Shown one piece after another: positions 59,606 through 64,000 of a stretch of DNA of 64,000 nucleotides. Location: contig CAYFLT010000014.1 in NCBI GenBank assembly GCA_964344055.1, positions 2,632 through 66,631 on the forward strand, given 5' to 3'. The stretch is from an uncultured Candidatus Nemicrothrix sp. (GTDB lineage Bacteria; Actinomycetota; Acidimicrobiia; Acidimicrobiales; Aldehydirespiratoraceae). Every line of letters starts with the position of its first letter. Position 1 is the stretch's first letter. The position numbers were made by a program, and so were the translations under genes. The notes beneath the pieces are model-generated. The model ran no database searches and was not told the origin of the DNA. It was given only the letters and a program-made list of their open reading frames with translations.

Positions 59606-60300
59606 CCGACGTCGTCAGCGTGCTGGTGGTGGACGACGAACCATCGTTTCGCGAAGGTCTCCGCCAGGCGCTGAAGCAGGAGGGCTTCCTCGTGCACCTC
59701 GCCGCGGACGGCGAGGAGGCGATCGAGGTCTTCACCGCCTACCGGCCCGACCTCGTGCTGCTCGACGTGATGCTGCCGCGGATGTCCGGCATCGACGTCT
59801 GCCGCCACATCCGCACCATCGACGAGACACCGGTCATCATGGTGTCGGCGCGCAACGAGGAGATCGACGCGGTCGTCGCGCTCGAGGTGGGAGCTGACGA
59901 TTATGTGGCGAAGCCGTACAGGGTCCGCGAGCTGATCGCACGGATGCGAACGGTGCTCCGGCGGGCCGCTGGCAGTGGGTCTCGCGAAGAGGAACCGTCG
60001 GCCGTCCTCGAGGTCGGCGATCTCCGACTCGATCGGGAGCGCCACGAGGTCACCCAGGGGGATGAGCCGGTCCAGATGCCCCTCAAGGAGTTCCAGTTGC
60101 TGGCCCTGCTGATGGAGAACCAGGGCATCGTCGTCACCCGCCAGACCCTGATCGATCGGGTCTGGGGTTACGACTATGTCGGCGACACGAAGACCCTCGA
60201 TGTTCACATCAAGCGGCTCCGCGCCAAGGTCGAGCCCAACCCCGAACGCCCCCAGCGCATCGTCACCATCCGCGGTCTCGGCTACAAGCTCGTCAACTGA
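59602..60300 (+). CDS. regX3: OmpR-family response regulator (RegX3/PhoP-like)
   Basis: VLVVDDEPSFREGL, LVLLDVMLPRMSG, DDYVAKPY, winged helix ...TLDVHIKRLRAKVE...I.T.RG.GYK. ATGA overlap with the kinase gene. Confidence 0.88.
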   Translation: MTDVVSVLVVDDEPSFREGLRQALKQEGFLVHLAADGEEAIEVFTAYRPDLVLLDVMLPRMSGIDVCRHIRTIDETPVIMVSARNEEIDAVVALEVGADDYVAKPYRVRELIARMRTVLRRAAGSGSREEEPSAVLEVGDLRLDRERHEVTQGDEPVQMPLKEFQLLALLMENQGIVVTRQTLIDRVWGYDYVGDTKTLDVHIKRLRAKVEPNPERPQRIVTIRGLGYKLVN

Positions 60301-60333
60301 GTTGTTTCGCTGGTGCCAGGCACCCGAAACAAC
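60301..60333. terminator. Hairpin GTTGTTTCG-CTGGTGCCAGGCACC-CGAAACAAC immediately after the regulator stop
   Basis: 9-bp stem. The loop carries the GGTGCCAGGCACC core shared with the 62.6-kb elements. Confidence 0.7.
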
Positions 60334-60357
60334 TTCGTGTCATAGCCGGTCGGTAGG

Positions 60358-62601
60358 GTGACCCGGATGTCCGACTCGCCGCTCCTCGACGGCCTCAACC
60401 CCGCCCAGTACGACGCCGTCCTCCACGAAGGAGGGCCCTTGCTGGTCGTCGCCGGGGCCGGTTCGGGCAAGACCCGAGTCCTGACCCATCGAATCGCCCA
60501 CCTGATCGATCAGGGGATGTCGCCGTTCGAGATCCTGGCCATCACATTCACCAACAAGGCAGCCGGCGAGATGAAGGAGCGGGTCGGCGGGCTGGTCGGC
60601 CCGGTCGCCGAGCGCATGTGGGTGTCGACCTTCCACTCCGCCTGCGTCCGGATCCTGCGGCGCGACGTCGAGCGACTCGGCTTCCCCGGCCGGTTCTCGA
60701 TCTACGACCAGGCGGATGCGGTCCGCCTCACCGGCTACGTCATCCGAGATCTCAACCTCGACCCCAAGCGATTCCCGCCTCGTTCGGTGCACGCGGCGAT
60801 CTCCGCGGCGAAGAACGAGAACACGAGCGCCGAGCAGTACGCCGACAACGCCTCCCAGATCTTCGAGCGGAAGATCAGCGACGTCTACCTCGAGTACCAG
60901 CGCCGGCTACTCGCCGCGGCCGCCATGGATTTCGACGACCTCCTGATGCGCACGTCCGAGCTGTTCCGTCAGCACGGCGACGTGCTCGACCACTGGCGGC
61001 AGCGGTTCGGCCATGTGCTCGTCGACGAGTACCAGGACACCAACCCGGTCCAGAACGACCTCGTCCTCATGCTCGGCGAGGACCACCGCCAGGTCACCGT
61101 CGTGGGCGACTCGGACCAGAGCGTCTATGCCTTTCGCGGCGCCGACATCCGCAACATCCTGGAGTTCGAGGAGGCATTCCCGGATGCCACCGTGGTGGTG
61201 CTCGAGCAGAACTACCGCAGCACACAGTCGATCCTCGACGCGGCCAATGCCGTCATCGCCAAGAACGTCGGTCGCAAGCCGAAGGACCTTTGGACCGACA
61301 AGGGCAGTGGCGAACGGATCGTGCGCTACCACGCCGACGACGAGTCCGACGAGGCCCAGTTCGTGGCCAACGAGCTCGCCAAGCTCCACGACCACGACCA
61401 CATGCGGTGGGGCGAGATGGCGGTCTTCTACCGCACCAACACCCAGTCCCGGGTGCTGGAGGAGTACCTCGTGCGGGTGGGGATCCCTTACAAGGTGGTC
61501 GGTGGCACCCGCTTCTATGACCGTCGCGAGGTCAAGGACGCGGTCGCCTACCTGCGGGCGATCGTGAATCCCACCGACGAGGTCAGCGTGAAGCGGATTC
61601 TCAACGTCCCCAAACGCGGGGTCGGTGATTCCTCGGTGGGCAAGCTCGACGCCTGGGCGAGTGCCCGCGGCGAGTCGTTCGATCAGGCGTTGCTCCGGTT
61701 CGAGGAAGCGGGGGTGAGCGGTCGAGCCGCCACCGGGATCGAACGGTTCCTCGAGTTCACCACCGAGATCCGAAAGCTCGACGCCGGTCCGGCCACCATC
61801 CTCGAGGAGGCGCTCGAGCGCTCGGGGTACCTGGAGGAGCTGCAGTCCGAGCGGTCGGTGGAGGCGGAAGGCCGGCTCGAGAACCTGTCCGAGCTGGTGG
61901 GCATGGCCCGCCAGTACGACACGGTCGACGAGTTCCTCGAACAGATCAGCCTGGTGAGCGACACCGACGATCTCGACAACGACGAATCGTCGGTCACCCT
62001 CATGACGCTCCACTCAGCCAAGGGGCTCGAGTTCCCCGTGGTGTTCGTCATCGGCATGGAGGACGGTGTGTTCCCCCACATCCGTTCACTCGGCGAGCCG
62101 GCCGAGCTCGAGGAGGAGCGCCGCCTCGCCTACGTGGGGATCACCCGGGCGATGCAGAAGCTGCACCTCACGAGCGCGTGGAGCCGGATGATGCACGGCA
62201 CCACCCAGTACAACCCGCCGAGCCGGTTCCTCGACGAGATCCCGTCGGAGTTGATCGACGAGATCGGCGGCAGCCGCATGCTCCGATCGCGGCGGGAGCG
62301 GTCGGGTCGAGGTGATCGTCAGCAGATCGGCGGTGGGCGCACGTATGGCTCGGGGTCGAGTATCGACGACAGCCGCGACCACATCGTCGAGCAGGCAATC
62401 GCGGCGGCCAACCGGCCGACTCCCTCGGGGGCGGAGGCGATGGGCCTGAAGATCGGCGACGACGTCCGCCACTCGCAATGGGGCGAGGGTGTCATCATCG
62501 ACATCGAGGGCGCCGGTGACAAAGCCGAGGCCAGCGTCCACTTCCCGAGTGTCGGCGAGAAGCGGCTCCTCCTCTCCTGGGCTCCCCTCGAGAAGATCTA
62601 G
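60358..62601 (+). CDS. pcrA: ATP-dependent DNA helicase PcrA/UvrD
   Basis: AGAGSGKT, TFHSAC.RILR, VDEYQDTN, GDSDQSVYAFRGA, LEQNYRST, MTLHSAKGLEF, YVGITRA. Alternative start ATG at 60367. Confidence 0.95.
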   Translation: MTRMSDSPLLDGLNPAQYDAVLHEGGPLLVVAGAGSGKTRVLTHRIAHLIDQGMSPFEILAITFTNKAAGEMKERVGGLVGPVAERMWVSTFHSACVRILRRDVERLGFPGRFSIYDQADAVRLTGYVIRDLNLDPKRFPPRSVHAAISAAKNENTSAEQYADNASQIFERKISDVYLEYQRRLLAAAAMDFDDLLMRTSELFRQHGDVLDHWRQRFGHVLVDEYQDTNPVQNDLVLMLGEDHRQVTVVGDSDQSVYAFRGADIRNILEFEEAFPDATVVVLEQNYRSTQSILDAANAVIAKNVGRKPKDLWTDKGSGERIVRYHADDESDEAQFVANELAKLHDHDHMRWGEMAVFYRTNTQSRVLEEYLVRVGIPYKVVGGTRFYDRREVKDAVAYLRAIVNPTDEVSVKRILNVPKRGVGDSSVGKLDAWASARGESFDQALLRFEEAGVSGRAATGIERFLEFTTEIRKLDAGPATILEEALERSGYLEELQSERSVEAEGRLENLSELVGMARQYDTVDEFLEQISLVSDTDDLDNDESSVTLMTLHSAKGLEFPVVFVIGMEDGVFPHIRSLGEPAELEEERRLAYVGITRAMQKLHLTSAWSRMMHGTTQYNPPSRFLDEIPSELIDEIGGSRMLRSRRERSGRGDRQQIGGGRTYGSGSSIDDSRDHIVEQAIAAANRPTPSGAEAMGLKIGDDVRHSQWGEGVIIDIEGAGDKAEASVHFPSVGEKRLLLSWAPLEKI

Positions 62602-62680
62602 GTCAAACGCGGTGCCAGGCACCCGTTTGACCTTCGAGTTCGAACAGGGGTGCCAGGCACCCGTTTGACCCTCGAGTTCG
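62601..62680. repeat. Tandem duplication (37-nt period) of GGTGCCAGGCACCCGTTTGACC(T/C)TCGAGTTCG; first copy forms hairpin GGTCAAACG-N14-CGTTTGACC right after the pcrA stop
   Basis: Read directly: copies begin at 62611 and 62648. Related to the elements at 24270 and 60301. Confidence 0.75.
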
Positions 62681-62726
62681 GGGACAGCTCCTGCCGGGCC
62701 GTTGATCGGTCGTCGGATCGGCCGAT

Positions 62727-63467
62727 GTGTCAGTGGTGGATCACACGCTCGACCGGCGCGCCTTCGTGCGCCGTACCGCCGCGGCGTCAGCGACAGCATG
62801 GGTGGCGCCGTCGATCATCTCGACGACGCCGGTTGCGGCCGCCGTCGGTTCGTGCGTGAGTGGTGTGTCGCTGTGCGACTTCAGTACTGGCCTCGATGGT
62901 TGGGTGATCGACAACAACTTCGGGCCGGGACGACCGGGGCTGTGGACGCACAATGCTGAGGCGTCGCGAGGTTCGGGATCGCTGCACTACGGGCGTGGCA
63001 CGAGCGGCAACTACCGCACAAGGAATCGCCGGAACTCGGGCGCGATCACTTCGCCGTCGTTCGATATGCCTGCCAGTGGTTCGAATACCGTGCGCTTCTC
63101 GGTCTTTCGTGAGGTCGAGACCTGGCCGACCAGCGTCTTCGATGTGCTGCGGTTGTCGATCCTGGGTACTGCGACGAATCAGGTCCTCTGGTCCGCCGGC
63201 TCCGACGGTGGCACCGGCGGCGTCTTCGTCACGATCACCGTGAACCTCCCGGCGACCTTCGACGGCGACACGGTCCAGTTCCGTTTCGACTTCGACACCG
63301 TCGATGGCTTGTACAACAACTTCGAAGGCATCTACATCGATTGGTTCGAAGTGACCGCTTGCCCGACGGTGCCGGCTGGGTTGAGCGCGCTCTCGCTGCA
63401 GTCGACACGGGCGACCACCTTCACCCCGACCGAGTTCCCGCTCGAGAATCCCGCGCCGCGGCGCTAA
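62727..63467 (+). CDS. Tat-signal secreted hypothetical protein
   Basis: Twin-arginine motif DRRAFVRRTAAASATAWVAP. Cys/Gly/Thr-rich beta-type body. Start is GTG at 62727 or 62736. Confidence 0.65.
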   Translation: MSVVDHTLDRRAFVRRTAAASATAWVAPSIISTTPVAAAVGSCVSGVSLCDFSTGLDGWVIDNNFGPGRPGLWTHNAEASRGSGSLHYGRGTSGNYRTRNRRNSGAITSPSFDMPASGSNTVRFSVFREVETWPTSVFDVLRLSILGTATNQVLWSAGSDGGTGGVFVTITVNLPATFDGDTVQFRFDFDTVDGLYNNFEGIYIDWFEVTACPTVPAGLSALSLQSTRATTFTPTEFPLENPAPRR

Positions 63468-63480
63468 CGCTGCGGCCTGA

Positions 63481-64000
63481 TCACCAACTGCACCGCAGGT
63501 GTTTCACACCGTTGATGAAGTTGCCCTGCAGCCGATCTGGCTCACCGGCGGCATGGATGTCAGGCAGCCGGGTCAACAGTTCCCGGTACATGATGTTGAT
63601 CTGACGGCGGGCCAGGTGGGCGCCGAGGCAGAAGTGCGGGCCGGGACCGCCGAAGCCGACGTGGTGGGTGTTGTCGCGTGTGATGTCGAACGACTCAGCA
63701 TCGTCGAACACGGACTCGTCACGATTGCCCGATGCGTAGAACATCGCGACCTTCTCGCCCTCGGAGAACTCCTGATCGCCGAGCCGGACACCGTCCCGGG
63801 TCACCGTCCTTCGGAAGTGGATGACCGGGCTCGCCATCCGCACGATCTCCTCGACGGCACCGGGCATGTGTGTGTCGGGGTCGGCCATGAGCATCGCCCG
63901 CTGCTCGGGATTGTCGGTGAGATAGGTGAGCCCCCACGAGATCGAGTTGCGGGTGGTCTCGTTTCCGGCCGCGCACAGCAGGACGAAGAAGCTCTGCAGC
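63481..64000 (-). CDS. Cytochrome P450 (C-terminal part; gene continues beyond window end)
   Basis: Heme-ligand loop FGGPGPHFCLGAHLA. The upstream frame stays open to position 64000 (...AAGNETTRNS... I-helix-like). Confidence 0.88.
   Translation of the reverse strand, partial: LQSFFVLLCAAGNETTRNSISWGLTYLTDNPEQRAMLMADPDTHMPGAVEEIVRMASPVIHFRRTVTRDGVRLGDQEFSEGEKVAMFYASGNRDESVFDDAESFDITRDNTHHVGFGGPGPHFCLGAHLARRQINIMYRELLTRLPDIHAAGEPDRLQGNFINGVKHLRCSW

Overview
This is a 64-kb high-GC chromosomal segment (roughly two-thirds G+C by eye, with strong GC3 bias). Its synteny is actinobacterial; an Acidimicrobiia-like lineage is possible but cannot be shown from sequence alone.

Core content:
- The ribosomal-protein supercluster rplC to rplQ (9.27-24.2 kb), including secY, adk, infA, rpmJ and rpoA.
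- truA (disrupted), rplM, rpsI, glmM, a giant glmS-like gene, acpS, nnr and alr.
- A GTDC1/QTMAN-like glycosyltransferase and an S58 peptidase.
- The t6A genes tsaE, tsaB, rimI and tsaD.
- CIRCE, groES and groEL.
- A Nudix hydrolase, a guaB3-like gene and guaA.
- A ~10-kb phosphate island: lipoprotein pstS; a PhoU-domain protein plus Na/Pi symporter; pstS-pstC(RDD fusion)-pstA-pstB; a PhoU::SenX3-type histidine-kinase fusion; a RegX3-like regulator; and GTTCACC PHO-box arrays.
- pcrA, a Tat-secreted protein and a partial P450.

No rRNA, tRNA, CRISPR array or transposase/integrase was seen.

Most interesting regions:
1. The accessory region at 3.0-7.8 kb holds a PqqD-like RRE protein, an HprK-like kinase, an NTP_transf_5 nucleotidyltransferase, a SipW/S24-like peptidase and an ABC-2 exporter. 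An untracked 34-aa ORF (4248-4352, minus strand) with a strong RBS and a YEKP leader motif sits among them. No lasso cyclase or B2 protease is present. This is a candidate uncharacterised RiPP-like peptide-modification system.
2. The PhoU::histidine-kinase fusion sits directly after pstB.
3. Two unusual architectures: a 1144-aa GlmS-like protein, and a PPDK-like protein with a non-canonical C-terminus inserted between rplQ and truA.

Caveat: several conserved genes carry disruptive lesions. These are rplB fused to rpsS, truA, the alr/glycosyltransferase junction, and a doubly frameshifted gene at 45.27-45.62 kb. In addition, rpsJ and map are absent from their usual positions. Assembly quality or real deletions must therefore be checked before trusting any fusion architecture in this window.
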